A stretch of 64,000 bases of DNA from an uncultured Chloroflexia bacterium (GCA_963766735.1 CAVYBU010000017.1:32001-96000), one strand, 5' to 3'. Shown: positions 1 through 11,551, counted from the first letter of the stretch. The notes: generated by a model from the sequence alone, not told the origin. A program made the numbers and translations.

Positions 1-623
1 CCGCACCCCGGGGCTACGGCGCCGACATCGCGTGCGGCGATCTCCAGCCCCTGGGCATCCACATGACGGCGGGCGGCGGGAACGCGGGCTTCATCGCCAC
101 GCCGCATGAAGACCGGTACATCGCGACCTGCCCGACGCTGCTGGTGAGCATCGTGCCCACCGTGAACGAGGGCGAGTACGTCTTCGAGTGGGCGAACTTC
201 GAGAGCATCTCCTACGGGCTTCGCGCCGAGTCCCACGACTTCGCCGGGACGGCCCAGACGATCTGGGCGATCGTCGCCGGCGCCTACCTGGCGCTGATGG
301 GTCCACAGGGCATGCGGGACCTGGGCGAGACGATCATGCAACGCGGCGCCTACGCCCGGGCGAGGCTGGCCGGACTCCCCGGCGTCACGGTGCCGGTCTT
401 CGACGCGACGCATTTCAAGGAGTTCGTCGTCCGATTCGATGCCACGCCATTGTCCGTGGCTGAGATCAATGCTGCGCTCCGCGAGCGCGGGATCTACGGC
501 GGCAAGGACCTCACGTCCGACTTTCCCGACCTGGGCAGGGCCGCCCTCTACTGCGTGACCGAGATCCACCGGCAGCAGGACATCGACCGGCTGGTCGCTG
601 CCCTGGGGGAGATCCTCCGATGA
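1..623 (+). CDS. gcvPA: Glycine dehydrogenase subunit 1-like protein (GcvPA-like, divergent), 5'-partial
   Basis: Frame open from base 3: GADIACGDLQPLGI..., AYLALMGPQGMRDL, HFKEFVV, LYCVTEIHRQQDIDRLV (GcvPA C-terminus). Stop overlaps the next start (ATGA at 620-623). Confidence 0.85.
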   Translation, partial: APRGYGADIACGDLQPLGIHMTAGGGNAGFIATPHEDRYIATCPTLLVSIVPTVNEGEYVFEWANFESISYGLRAESHDFAGTAQTIWAIVAGAYLALMGPQGMRDLGETIMQRGAYARARLAGLPGVTVPVFDATHFKEFVVRFDATPLSVAEINAALRERGIYGGKDLTSDFPDLGRAALYCVTEIHRQQDIDRLVAALGEILR

Positions 624-2188
624 CCGCCAAGCGACGACAGGGCCAGCTTCGGGAGCGGTTCCACCAGGCGGCCTGGCAGGAGCCCCTTGTCATGCATACC
701 GGGCGGGCCGGCCGACGCGGGGTGCTCCTGCCCGACGCCGGTCCGGCCATCCGAGCGGAAGCAGGCGACGTGCTCGCCTCGACGCCGGCCGACCTTCGCC
801 GTTCCGAGCCGCCGGCCCTCCCCGAGCTCTCGCAGCCCGAGGTGGTCCGCCACTACACGCGCCTCTCGCAGATGGTCCTCGCCAACAACGTCGTGACCAG
901 CCTTGGCCTGGGCACGACGACCATGAAATACAACCCGATCATCAACGAGCTGCTCAGCCGCTCGCCGAAGCTGACGGAGCTGCACCCGGATCAGGATGAC
1001 TCCACGATGCAGGGCATCCTCGAGCTTCTCTACCGGTTCGGCGCGATCCTGGCCGAGATCTCCGGTATGGAGCGGTTCACGTTCCAGCCGGCCGGTGGCA
1101 GCCAGGGGATCCTGGCCAACGCGCTGATGATGCGGGCCTATCACGCCTCGCGCGGCGAGGCCGACCAGCGTGACGAGATGATCACGACGATCTTCTCGCA
1201 TCCCGCCAATGCCGCCGCGCCCGCGACCATCGGGTACAACGTCGTCACCCTCTACCCGGGTCCGGATGGGATCCCGGACCTGGACGCCCTCAAGGCCGCC
1301 GTCGGGCCGCGCACCGCGGGCCTGATGATGACCAACCCCGAGGACACCGGGATCTTCAATCCGCGGGTCGCGGAGTACGTCCGCGTGGTCCACGAGGCCG
1401 GCGGCCTGTGCGCCTATGACCAGGCCAACGCCAACAGCATCCTGGGCGTCACCCGGGCACGGGACGCCGGTTTCGACATGTGCCAGTTCAACCTCCACAA
1501 GACCTTCGGCGTCCCGCACGGGTGCATGGGCGGAGCCGTGGGCGCGACCGGCGTTCAGCCGGCTCTCGTCCCGTTCCTGCCCAGGCCGACCGTCGAGTTC
1601 GACGGGACCCGCTACTACCTCGACGACGACCGGCCGCTGAGTGTCGGGGCCGTCCGATCTGGCCTCGGCAACATCGGGTCCACGCTCAAGGCCTACGCGT
1701 GGGTGTGCGCGATGGGCGCCGAGGGCCTGCGCGACGCGGCCCACTTGGCCGTCCTCAACAACAACTACCTGATGGAGAAGGTGCTTGCGATCCCCGGATC
1801 CAGCCTCTCGTTCGCGGAGACCAACACGACGCGGCGCCTCGAGCAGGCCCGCTACAGCTGGGAGCAGATGTCCGCCCAGACGGGCATCCACACCACCGGC
1901 GTCCACGACCGCATGATCGACTACGGAGTGCAGGGCTACTTCTCCAGCCATCACCCCTGGCTGATCCCGGAACCGTTCACGCTTGAGCCCACCGAGAGCA
2001 CCTCTCAGGAGGACCTCGATGAGTTCGCGGAGGTGCTCGGACGCGTCGTGGAGGAGGCCCACGACAACCCCGAGATCTTCGCTGCCGCCCCCCACAACAG
2101 CTCGGCGGGGGCGCCGGTGCGCGGGGGCGTCGGGCCGGCCATGACCTGGCAGGCGTTCGAGGCGCTCCGGGGCGAGGCCGCGAGGTGA
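620..2188 (+). CDS. gcvPB: Glycine dehydrogenase subunit 2-like protein (GcvPB-like, divergent; PLP enzyme)
   Basis: LPELSQPEVVRHYTRLSQ, TMKYNP, MMTNPEDTGIF, NLHKTF (PLP Lys), LEPTES. Confidence 0.88.
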   Translation: MTAKRRQGQLRERFHQAAWQEPLVMHTGRAGRRGVLLPDAGPAIRAEAGDVLASTPADLRRSEPPALPELSQPEVVRHYTRLSQMVLANNVVTSLGLGTTTMKYNPIINELLSRSPKLTELHPDQDDSTMQGILELLYRFGAILAEISGMERFTFQPAGGSQGILANALMMRAYHASRGEADQRDEMITTIFSHPANAAAPATIGYNVVTLYPGPDGIPDLDALKAAVGPRTAGLMMTNPEDTGIFNPRVAEYVRVVHEAGGLCAYDQANANSILGVTRARDAGFDMCQFNLHKTFGVPHGCMGGAVGATGVQPALVPFLPRPTVEFDGTRYYLDDDRPLSVGAVRSGLGNIGSTLKAYAWVCAMGAEGLRDAAHLAVLNNNYLMEKVLAIPGSSLSFAETNTTRRLEQARYSWEQMSAQTGIHTTGVHDRMIDYGVQGYFSSHHPWLIPEPFTLEPTESTSQEDLDEFAEVLGRVVEEAHDNPEIFAAAPHNSSAGAPVRGGVGPAMTWQAFEALRGEAAR

Positions 2189-2234
2189 CGGGGGAGGCGG
2201 CACCGCGGGCGCCATCCGGGTGCCCTGAGGCTCG

Positions 2235-3368
2235 ATGACGAAGGTCATCGGCCTGATCGTCAATCCCATCGCGGGGATGGGCGGTAGCGTCGGGCTCAAG
2301 GGCACGGACGGTCACGAGATCGCGGGCCGTGCCCGTGCACTTGGCGCGATACCGCACGCGGCCGAGCGCGCGACGGCCGCCCTGGCGGTGGTCGCGGGTG
2401 CCGGCGCTCCCCCCGGGATCCTCGCCTGCGCCGGTGCGATGGGCGAGACGGCCGCGATCGCGGCGGGCCTTACGCCATCCATCGGATATCGGCCGGACGG
2501 CCCGGCGACAACAGGGGAGGACACGCGCCGCGCCGCGGTCGCTCTCCGCGACGCCGGCGTGGGCCTGCTCGTGTTTGCGGGCGGCGACGGCACCGCCCGC
2601 GACATCGTGGAGGCGGTGGGCGAGACCGTCCCCGTGGTCGCCGTGCCCGCGGGCGTGAAGATCCACTCGGCGGTCTTCGCCGTGAACCCCCGTGCCGCCG
2701 GCGATCTCATCGTTGCCGCCTTGCGGGGCGGTACGCTCCGGACCCGCGAGGCAGAGGTCATGGACGTGGATGAGAACGCCTACCGCGAGGGACGGTTGTC
2801 GACCCGGTTGTACGGCTACCTGCACGTGCCGGACGACCCACGGCTGGTGCAGGCGGGCAAGGTGCGGAGCCGCGGCGAGGACATGACCGCGGATCTCCTG
2901 GGCGTGGCCGCGGCGGACGAGATGGAGCCCGGGACGACGTACATCCTCGGGCCAGGCACGACGACCCGTCGGATCGCACGCCGTCTCGGGTTCGAGGGGA
3001 CGCTGCTGGGCGTCGACATCGTCCGCGACGGGGCCCTGGTGGGCGCGGATGCAGGGGAGCGGCAGCTGCTGGACGCACTGGCTGACGGCCGGGCGGCCCG
3101 GATCATCGTGACGCCCATCGGTGGCCAGGGCTACCTGTTCGGCCGCGGCAACCAGCAGATCAGCGCCCGCGTGATCCGCGCCGTCGGCGTTGACCGGGTC
3201 ATCGTCGTGGCCACGCCCGAGAAGCTCGCCGCGCTCGGCGGTCGGCCGCTGCTGGTGGACACCGACGACGAGGACCTCAACCGGGCGCTCGCGGGGCACA
3301 TCGCCGTGGTCACGGGCCGGGGACGCCGGGCGATGTACCCGGTGGCGTTCCCCCGCGGCGAGTCCTGA
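2235..3368 (+). CDS. ATP-NAD kinase family protein (COG3199/AcoX-like)
   Basis: NPIAGMGGSVGLKGTDG, GGDGTARD (NAD-kinase GGDG motif), PAGVKIHSAVFA, TPIGGQGYLFGRGNQQ. Confidence 0.85.
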   Translation: MTKVIGLIVNPIAGMGGSVGLKGTDGHEIAGRARALGAIPHAAERATAALAVVAGAGAPPGILACAGAMGETAAIAAGLTPSIGYRPDGPATTGEDTRRAAVALRDAGVGLLVFAGGDGTARDIVEAVGETVPVVAVPAGVKIHSAVFAVNPRAAGDLIVAALRGGTLRTREAEVMDVDENAYREGRLSTRLYGYLHVPDDPRLVQAGKVRSRGEDMTADLLGVAAADEMEPGTTYILGPGTTTRRIARRLGFEGTLLGVDIVRDGALVGADAGERQLLDALADGRAARIIVTPIGGQGYLFGRGNQQISARVIRAVGVDRVIVVATPEKLAALGGRPLLVDTDDEDLNRALAGHIAVVTGRGRRAMYPVAFPRGES

Positions 3369-3419
3369 CCGGCGTGGCGCGCGCTCGAACTCGCTCTCCC
3401 CGGGCGCTTTTGCGGCGCC

Positions 3420-4031
3420 GTGCTCGACTTTGATGGGCTCCTGGTGGACAGTGAACCCGGGTGGGGCCGTGCCGAGGAGCGGCTCCTCGCGCGTCATGGC
3501 CACGCGATGACAGATCAGGACCGCGTTGCCACGGTCGGCCGATCGATGGAGCAGAGCATCGCGGCCTACTCCGCCAGGCTCGAGCTCACTCCGGAGGCGA
3601 TCCCCGCGCTGCGCGCCGAGATGATCGAGCTGGCGGCCGAGGAGTACGGTGCTGGGTTTGCCCTTCAACCAGGGGCGGACGACCTGCTGGCGCTGCTGAG
3701 ACCTGCGATGCCTCTCGCCCTGGCATCGAACACGGGACGCTCGCTCATCGACCTCGCCCTGGCCTCCACGCCCTTCGCGTCGTCCTTCGACGTCGTCGTG
3801 ACCGCAGACGACGTCGAGCACCACAAGCCGGCGCCTGACCTGTACCTGCTGGCCTGTGCGAGGCTCGGTGTCCTGCCAGCGGACGCCGTGGCTTTCGAGG
3901 ACTCCGTGGCCGGCGTCCGTTCCGCCCGGGCCGCCGGCCTCACAGTGGTCGCGGTGCCGGTTCTGCCGGGACCCGACTTTGACATCGCGGACATCGTCGT
4001 GCGCTCGCTCACGGAGCTGATCCGAGGCTGA
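3420..4031 (+). CDS. HAD-superfamily phosphatase (beta-PGM/CbbY-like); true start uncertain
   Basis: DFDGLLVDSE (motif I), LASN, KPAPDLY, FEDSVAG. Upstream in-frame sequence (GRFCGAV) has no earlier start after the TGA at 3366-3368. Confidence 0.85.
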   Translation: MLDFDGLLVDSEPGWGRAEERLLARHGHAMTDQDRVATVGRSMEQSIAAYSARLELTPEAIPALRAEMIELAAEEYGAGFALQPGADDLLALLRPAMPLALASNTGRSLIDLALASTPFASSFDVVVTADDVEHHKPAPDLYLLACARLGVLPADAVAFEDSVAGVRSARAAGLTVVAVPVLPGPDFDIADIVVRSLTELIRG

Positions 4032-4090
4032 TCCCGCTGATACGCGGCGAAAACGGCAGGGTCCGGCCCGATGGGGTACCTTCGTCCTGT

Positions 4091-4642
4091 ATGCGACGCA
4101 GATCGGTCGTCGCGACCGCGGCGCTCATCGCCGCGTTCGCGTTGGCTGGCTTGCCGGGACCCGCAGGATCGAGGAGCCCCTCGACTGCCTGGGACCTGGC
4201 GCCGGCAGCTTTCACCTCGATGGTGGTCCCCGCGGAGATCCCGGCGCAGCGCGCCCCGGGAGTGTCCGACGACGCGCTCCGCTCAGCGGGGCATCTCGCG
4301 GCCGCCGACACGCTCGTCGAGCCCGGCGCGGCCCCGACCGCCCCCGCGACGCGCCCCAAGGTGGACCAGCCGTCCACGAAATCCGGCGAGGCGTGGAAGA
4401 AGCCGAAGTACACGGTCTCCGGCTACGCGACGTTCTACGACAACGGCACCACCGCCATGCGTCTCCCGCGCGGAACCGTCGTCCGGATCTGTGGCGACGG
4501 CGGCTGCATCGAGCGCACCGTCACCGACTACGGCCCCGTGAAGAAGATCCGCGTCGTTGACCTGTACCGCCCGGACTTCTTCAAGATCTGCGGCTGCGAG
4601 TGGTTCGCCGGCACGACCTGGGTCAAGGTCTCGATCTACTGA
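4091..4642 (+). CDS. Secreted protein with C-terminal RlpA-like double-psi beta-barrel domain
   Basis: Signal-peptide-like N-terminus, Pro/Ala linker, then GYATFY...AMRLPRGTVVRIC...VTDYGP...VVDL, a DPBB/expansin-like pattern. Confidence 0.6.
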   Translation: MRRRSVVATAALIAAFALAGLPGPAGSRSPSTAWDLAPAAFTSMVVPAEIPAQRAPGVSDDALRSAGHLAAADTLVEPGAAPTAPATRPKVDQPSTKSGEAWKKPKYTVSGYATFYDNGTTAMRLPRGTVVRICGDGGCIERTVTDYGPVKKIRVVDLYRPDFFKICGCEWFAGTTWVKVSIY

Positions 4643-4680
4643 TGTCGGAGCGCCCGGCCTCAAGGGCGCGAGAACGCTAG

Positions 4681-6343
<1,663 letters not shown>

Positions 6344-6347
<4 letters not shown>

Positions 6348-7759
6348 GCGACACGACGGTCGGGTCCCCGGCGACGAGGACGATCCGCGGCTGGGCCGTG
6401 GACCCGGCAGGCGGGCGCGAGGGCCCGGCCGAGCTGGAGATCACCGACGGCATGCTGGCGAGGGTGACCTGGCTGGAGGGTGCCGCGGCGGAGGGCATCA
6501 CGGCCGGCGGGACGCTGATCTCACCCGGGTTCGTCGATCTGCATGCGCACTTCCGGGAGCCCGGCAACGAGGATGCCGAGACGATCGCCACGGGTCTCGC
6601 GGCGGCGGCCCATGGGGGCTTCACGACGGTCTGCCTCATGCCGAATACGACGCCGGCGATCGACGAGCCGTCCGTGCTGGCCCGGGTGATTGCGGCGGCG
6701 GATGCATCAGGCTCCCCCGTGAGGGTCCTGGTCCACGGCGCGGTCACGCACGGGCGCAAGGGCGAGACGCTGGCGGCCCTCGGCGAACTGGCCGACGCCG
6801 GCGCCGTGGGCTTCTCCGACGACGGCTCCCCGGTCCGCTCCGCGCCGATCCTGCGCAATGCGCTCGCGTACGCCGGGGCCCTCGGCCTGCCGATCATCGA
6901 CCACCCCGAAGATCTCGCACTGACGGAGGGCGCCGAGGCGTCCGAAGGCTATGTTGCGACGGTGCTGGGCCTCCGGGGCTGGCCCGTGGCGGGCGAGGCC
7001 GGCGCGGTGGCGCGGGCGATGGCGATCCTGGTGGACGTCGTGCGGGACGTGCCGGACGCCCGGCTCCACCTGACCCACCTGTCCACGGCGGCCGCGCTGG
7101 ACCACGTCCGGGCCGGGAAGGCCGCCGGCCTGCCGGTCACCTGCGACGTCACGCCGCACCACCTGGCGTTCACCGACGAGTGGATCGCGGGGGCGCGCCG
7201 CTGGGCATGGGAAGCGGTGGGCGAGGACGGAAGGGCCCGCGATCCGTGGGCGGACGGCGCCCTGGTCGCCAGCCCGTTCGACGCCTCGCTGCGCGTCAAC
7301 CCGCCTCTGCGCTCAGCGGAGGACGCGTCGGCGTGCCTCGTCGCCCTTGCCGATGGCACCGCGGACGCGATCGCCACGGACCACGCGCCCCACACCGAAG
7401 TGGACAAGCACGTCGAGTTCGGCTGGGCGAGCAACGGGATCAGCGGGATCGAGACGGCGATCGGCATCGTGCTGGCGGCGGTGGATGGCGGCGGCGTGCC
7501 GCTGGCGCGCGCGATCGCGGCGCTGACCACGGGCCCGGCCCGGGTCCTCGGCGCTCCCGGGGGGCGACACGGTGTGGCGCCCGGGCTGCGGGAAGGCGAG
7601 CCGGCAGACCTCGTCGTGATCGATCGTGCCGCCGCCTGGACCGTGTCCGCGGAAGCGCTCCGCTCGAAGGGGAAGAACACGCCGCTGCTCGACCAGGAGC
7701 TGCGCGGGGTCGTGCGGCTGGTGCTTGCCTCGGGTCGGGTGGCGTACGCCGGGGACTGA
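6344..7759 (+). CDS. pyrC: Dihydroorotase
   Basis: GTG start overlaps the pyrB stop (GTGA). DLHAHFREPG, GGFTTVCLMPNT, VTPHHL, VNPPLR, ATDHAPH, SKGKNTP. Confidence 0.95.
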
Positions 7760-7763
7760 CCCG

Positions 7764-8849
7764 TCAGCCGCCGGCATCCAGCGCAACGGGCGTCGCCGGT
7801 AATGCCGCGGTGTTGCCAGGCGGGGTCAGGACGCCCGTCGTGAGCGGCTCACCCGTCGTCTCGTCCAGCAGCACCCACAGGATGCGGGGCGGGTAGTCGC
7901 CGGCCGGGTATCGGCCGGGGCCATATGCGGTTTGCAGGCCGCGCACGTACCAGACCAGGCCGGACGGCGCGGGTCCCGCCGCCAGGGCCGCGGCGGCGTC
8001 CCGGTCGATTGCCGCGACCGTTGCAGGGCGGACCACGGCCGAGATCAGGACCGTGCCGGATCCGCCGATGGCGAGGCTCAGGGCGGCGTCGAGGTGGCGG
8101 TAGGCGATGTCCGGCGGGGGGACCTCGAGGCCCGCGTCGAAGACCGGACCGGGGTCGAACGGGTCACCGTCCGCCCACGCGACGAGGTCCGCGGTCATCT
8201 GCTCAACGCAGCCGCGCTCCGTGGCCGCGCAGGGCGAGCTCGGTCCCCCGCCACGACCCACGATCACCACCGGGATTGGGCCATCGGGCGAGGCGTCCTC
8301 GAAGACCGCGGGCAGGCGGACGCCCGGCGGGAAGCGCAGGTGAAGGTGGACGCCAGACCTCCAGCCGAACTCGTCGATCATGACGAGCCTCGCGCGTCGC
8401 TCGCACAGGGGGCTCAGCGGGCCGCGCGTGTCGCCGGTCGCCGCCCCGCACGCGTCGGCCGCCCGGAGGCCCTCGAGGAACCCCGCGACTGCGATCGGGA
8501 GGCCGTCCCCGGTGGCGAGCGGGCCCTGCGCCTCAGGGATTGAGAGGACCGGAAGGCCGGCCGCGCCCTTCGGGAAGCCGGGCCCCGGCCCGGTCGGGGC
8601 AGCCACCGCCGTGGGCGCCGTGGGCGAGGCGGCTGGGACGGGCACCGCGGAGGGCTCCTCGGCGATGGCCGCGCGCGAGGCATCGGGTGCGACCGGCTCC
8701 GGCTGGGGTTTCGGCCCTGCCACGCCCGCGCCCACGATGGCGATCAGCAGGGCGACCGGCAGCGCGAGACCGGCGAGGCTCAGGGCCCGCCGCACCGGGG
8801 AACGCGGGTTGGTCGGGGTCGGCTCGACGATCATCGGTTGGAGGAGCAT
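7764..8849 (-). CDS. Hypothetical membrane-anchored extracytoplasmic protein
   Basis: One N-terminal hydrophobic helix (LAGLALPVALLIAIVGAGVAG), Pro/Ala linker, Cys pairs. Start could be 8849 or 8834. Confidence 0.6.
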   Translation of the reverse strand: MLLQPMIVEPTPTNPRSPVRRALSLAGLALPVALLIAIVGAGVAGPKPQPEPVAPDASRAAIAEEPSAVPVPAASPTAPTAVAAPTGPGPGFPKGAAGLPVLSIPEAQGPLATGDGLPIAVAGFLEGLRAADACGAATGDTRGPLSPLCERRARLVMIDEFGWRSGVHLHLRFPPGVRLPAVFEDASPDGPIPVVIVGRGGGPSSPCAATERGCVEQMTADLVAWADGDPFDPGPVFDAGLEVPPPDIAYRHLDAALSLAIGGSGTVLISAVVRPATVAAIDRDAAAALAAGPAPSGLVWYVRGLQTAYGPGRYPAGDYPPRILWVLLDETTGEPLTTGVLTPPGNTAALPATPVALDAGG

Positions 8850-8874
8850 ACGCAAAAGGCGCCAAATCGGTTTT
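8849..8874 (-). promoter_or_regulatory. Possible ECF-sigma promoter (AAAACC-N16-CGTA)
   Basis: Minus strand reads aaaacc gatttggcgccttttg cgta, resembling AAC...CGT ECF promoters, just upstream of the membrane protein gene. Confidence 0.3.
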
Positions 8875-8919
8875 GATCGGCCCTTCCCGCACGGCGGAGG
8901 GCCGCGTAGGCTTGCCGTC

Positions 8920-10242
8920 ATGAGGCGGATCCGGGAGCTCCAGGAGGTTGACCAGCGTTCCTACTGGCAGGTCACGGCACCCGAGATGCCCGACCGGCGT
9001 GGCCGTGACCTCCCGGATGCGACCGACGTGGCGGTGGTCGGCGGGGGGCTGACCGGCCTGTCTGCCGCCCGGCGCGCGGCCGAGCTGGGCGCGAGCGTTG
9101 TGCTCCTGGAGGGCGAGCGCCTGGGGTGGGGCGGCTCGACGCGGAACGGCGGCATGTGCCACCCCGGGTACAAGCACTCCGTGGCGGAGCTGGTGGCCCA
9201 GCACGGCGAGGCCAGGGGAACCGCGCTCTATCGCGAGAGCCTCGATGCGTACGAGCACGTCAAGGGGCTGTGCGCCGCCTCGATCGAGGCGGACTTCGCG
9301 GAGGGTGGACACCTGGTGCTGGCTGCAGTCCCGGGCCACGCAGACGCCTTTCCCGCTTCGGTGGAGGCGCTTGCGCACGAGGACATGCCCGCGCACGTGG
9401 TGGCGCGCGGGGACCTGCGGAGCGAGATCGGAACCGACGCGTACTTCGGCGGCCTGGTGGTGGAGCGGAGCGCAGGCCTGCATCCGGGCAAGCTGGTCGC
9501 GGGCCTCGCCCGCATGGCCGAGGAGGCGGGCGTGAGCCTCCACGAGGAGACGCGGGCGTTGCGGATCCGGCCCCAGGCCGACGGCCGGACGGTCTTGGAG
9601 ACGTCCCGGGGCGCGATCCTGGCGAGGAACGTGATCGTCGGCACCAACGGCTACACGGGGTCGCTCACGCCCTCGCTGCGGCGTCGGCTGCTGTCCATCG
9701 GCAGCTTCATCATCGTCACCGATCCACTGTCCGCCGAACTTGCCGCGGAGTTGAGCCCGCGCGGCCGGATGTTCTTCGACACCAAGAACTTCCTCTACTA
9801 CTGGAGGCTCACGCCGGACAACCGGATGCTCTTTGGCGGGCGCGCGAGCATGTGGCCGAGCTCGATCCTGCACACCGCGGAGATCCTCCAGGCATCGATG
9901 GTTCGGGTGCACCCGCAGCTGGCCGGGACCCGGATCGCCTACGCGTGGGGTGGCAGGGTGGCGTTCACCTTCGACCGGATGGTCCACGCGGGGCGCGCCG
10001 ACGGGGTGACGTACGCGGTCGGCTGCTGCGGCTCCGGGGTGGCGATCATGCCCTGGCTTGGGACGCGGCTGGCCGAGTGGGTGGGCGGGGGTTCCGCGCC
10101 GGAGCTCGCGTCGCTCCGATTCCCGCTGGTGCCGGTGCCGTACGAGGGCCGGGCATGGTTCCTGCCGTTCGCCGGCGAATACTGGAAGGCGAAGGACCGG
10201 CTGGCCGCACGCGAAGCGGCGAAGGGCCCGAAGGCGGGCTGA
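8920..10242 (+). CDS. FAD-dependent amine oxidoreductase (DAO family, PuuB/gamma-glutamylputrescine oxidase-like)
   Basis: SYWQ...DVAVVGGGLTGLSAA (Rossmann), GWGGSTRNGG, LHPGKL, YYWRLTPDNRMLFGG, AWGG. Confidence 0.88.
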   Translation: MRRIRELQEVDQRSYWQVTAPEMPDRRGRDLPDATDVAVVGGGLTGLSAARRAAELGASVVLLEGERLGWGGSTRNGGMCHPGYKHSVAELVAQHGEARGTALYRESLDAYEHVKGLCAASIEADFAEGGHLVLAAVPGHADAFPASVEALAHEDMPAHVVARGDLRSEIGTDAYFGGLVVERSAGLHPGKLVAGLARMAEEAGVSLHEETRALRIRPQADGRTVLETSRGAILARNVIVGTNGYTGSLTPSLRRRLLSIGSFIIVTDPLSAELAAELSPRGRMFFDTKNFLYYWRLTPDNRMLFGGRASMWPSSILHTAEILQASMVRVHPQLAGTRIAYAWGGRVAFTFDRMVHAGRADGVTYAVGCCGSGVAIMPWLGTRLAEWVGGGSAPELASLRFPLVPVPYEGRAWFLPFAGEYWKAKDRLAAREAAKGPKAG

Positions 10243-10248
10243 GCGAGA

Positions 10249-10587
10249 TCAGGGCGCGCGGCTCGCCCCGCACGAGAAGCAGGCTTCTCGGTCATCGACG
10301 TTGGTCGTCCCGCAGCTGGCACATGCCCACCAGGCCGGCTGGCCGCGTTCCCCTGCCGGACGCGACGGGCGCCGGTTCACGACGATCGCGATCGCGCCCA
10401 CCACCATGAGCACGGCGCTCATCACGAGCAGCGCAACGACATAGGGCAGCAGCGGATCCGTGCCCAGGACAACGTCCGCGGTGACGAAGCTGGGCGCCGG
10501 GGTGGCCGCGTCGGCGAGGGCAGCGGGCGGGAGGGCGAGCGTGAGCACGATGCCGGGCAGCGCGAGGAGCGACAGGAGACGGCGCAC
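10249..10587 (-). CDS. Small membrane protein with C-terminal RanBP2-type zinc finger
   Basis: GTG start, signal peptide (VRRLLSLLALPGIVLTLALPPAALA), TM helix, then W-A-C-AS-C-GTT-N-VDDREA-C-FS-C, matching W-x-C-x2-C-x3-N-x6-C-x2-C. Confidence 0.7.
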   Translation of the reverse strand: MRRLLSLLALPGIVLTLALPPAALADAATPAPSFVTADVVLGTDPLLPYVVALLVMSAVLMVVGAIAIVVNRRPSRPAGERGQPAWWACASCGTTNVDDREACFSCGASRAP

Positions 10588-10718
10588 GGCATGGTTGTAG
10601 CGCCGATGGTCGTGCGGCGCCACTCCCCCGATCGGCACGCGCATCCGTCGTCCCGGAAGCCGGCCTGCCGGGCCGCCTGGGCGGGGAGAGTGCGCCTGCA
10701 GCGGCGCTCGCCAGGTCC

Positions 10719-11480
10719 TCAGGCCAGACCGCCCCCGTCCACGACCAGGGTCGTCCCGGTCACCCAGGCAGCCGACTCGCCGGCGAGGTAGACCACGGCC
10801 TGCGCGATGTCGTCCGGGGTGCCGAGGCGCGCGAGCGGGCGCTCCGCCGATTCGGCGAGGAACGCCGTCTCGTCGACGCCCAGCTGCCGGGCCTCCGACC
10901 GCAGCATCGGCGTGTCGGTATCGCCCGGACAGACGCAGTTGACCCGGATCCCGGCCGGTCCGTGATCGATGGCCATCGCCCGCGTCATGTTGACGACGGC
11001 GCCCTTCGAGGCGCAGTAGCTGACGGCGTCCGGTCCGCCCTTCAGGCCCCATCCCGAGCCGATGTTGACGATCGATCCGCCACCACCAGCCTCCATGACG
11101 GGTACCGCGTGCTTGCCCATCAGGAAGATCGATCGCACGTTGACGGCCATGACGCGTTCCCACTCGTCCTCCGTGGTCCCGACCACCGTTGCCCGGCGCA
11201 CGATCCCGGCGCAGTTGACGACGATGTCGAGGCCGCCGAACTGAGCCACCGCGGTCTCCACAGCGCGCCGGCAATCCTCGGTTCTCGTCACGTCACAGTC
11301 CACCGCGAGCGCCTGCCCGCCGTCCGCCCGTATCGCGTCTGCGACGGCGCCGGCTCCCGTGGCATCGACGTCCGCGACCAGGACCGCGGCCCCTTCGGTC
11401 GCCAGCCGGATCGCGGTCGCCCTGCCTATTCCGGATGCCCCGCCGGTCACGATCGCGCGGCGTCCCGTCAGTGTCGGCAT
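10719..11480 (-). CDS. Short-chain dehydrogenase/reductase (classical SDR)
   Basis: TGGASGIG, VNCAG, YCASK, VCPGDTDT, VDGG. Confidence 0.93.
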   Translation of the reverse strand: MPTLTGRRAIVTGGASGIGRATAIRLATEGAAVLVADVDATGAGAVADAIRADGGQALAVDCDVTRTEDCRRAVETAVAQFGGLDIVVNCAGIVRRATVVGTTEDEWERVMAVNVRSIFLMGKHAVPVMEAGGGGSIVNIGSGWGLKGGPDAVSYCASKGAVVNMTRAMAIDHGPAGIRVNCVCPGDTDTPMLRSEARQLGVDETAFLAESAERPLARLGTPDDIAQAVVYLAGESAAWVTGTTLVVDGGGLA

Positions 11481-11551
11481 GGTTGATCCTCTCGAGCGGT
11501 GGTGTTTCGGGTGCAACGACACCCGTGACGACTAGCCTGAGCTGAGCCCGT

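Noticed and set aside
548-2305. Long antisense or alternate-frame ORFs (e.g. 548-2305 -, 19546-21615 -, 36902-38914 +, 57622-59892 +, 60123-63470 +)
   Set aside because: They shadow well-supported genes, are Arg/Pro/Gly-rich without motifs, and are expected at this GC content.
3366-3368. In-frame TGA as selenocysteine
   Set aside because: It lies in an inter-domain linker, not at a catalytic Cys position, and I could not identify a SECIS-like element.
10616-10696. Imperfect inverted repeat (ggcgccactccccc / ggggagagtgcgcc) near the module 2 boundary as a MITE end
   Set aside because: Short, imperfect, GC-rich, with no target duplication or second copy in the window.
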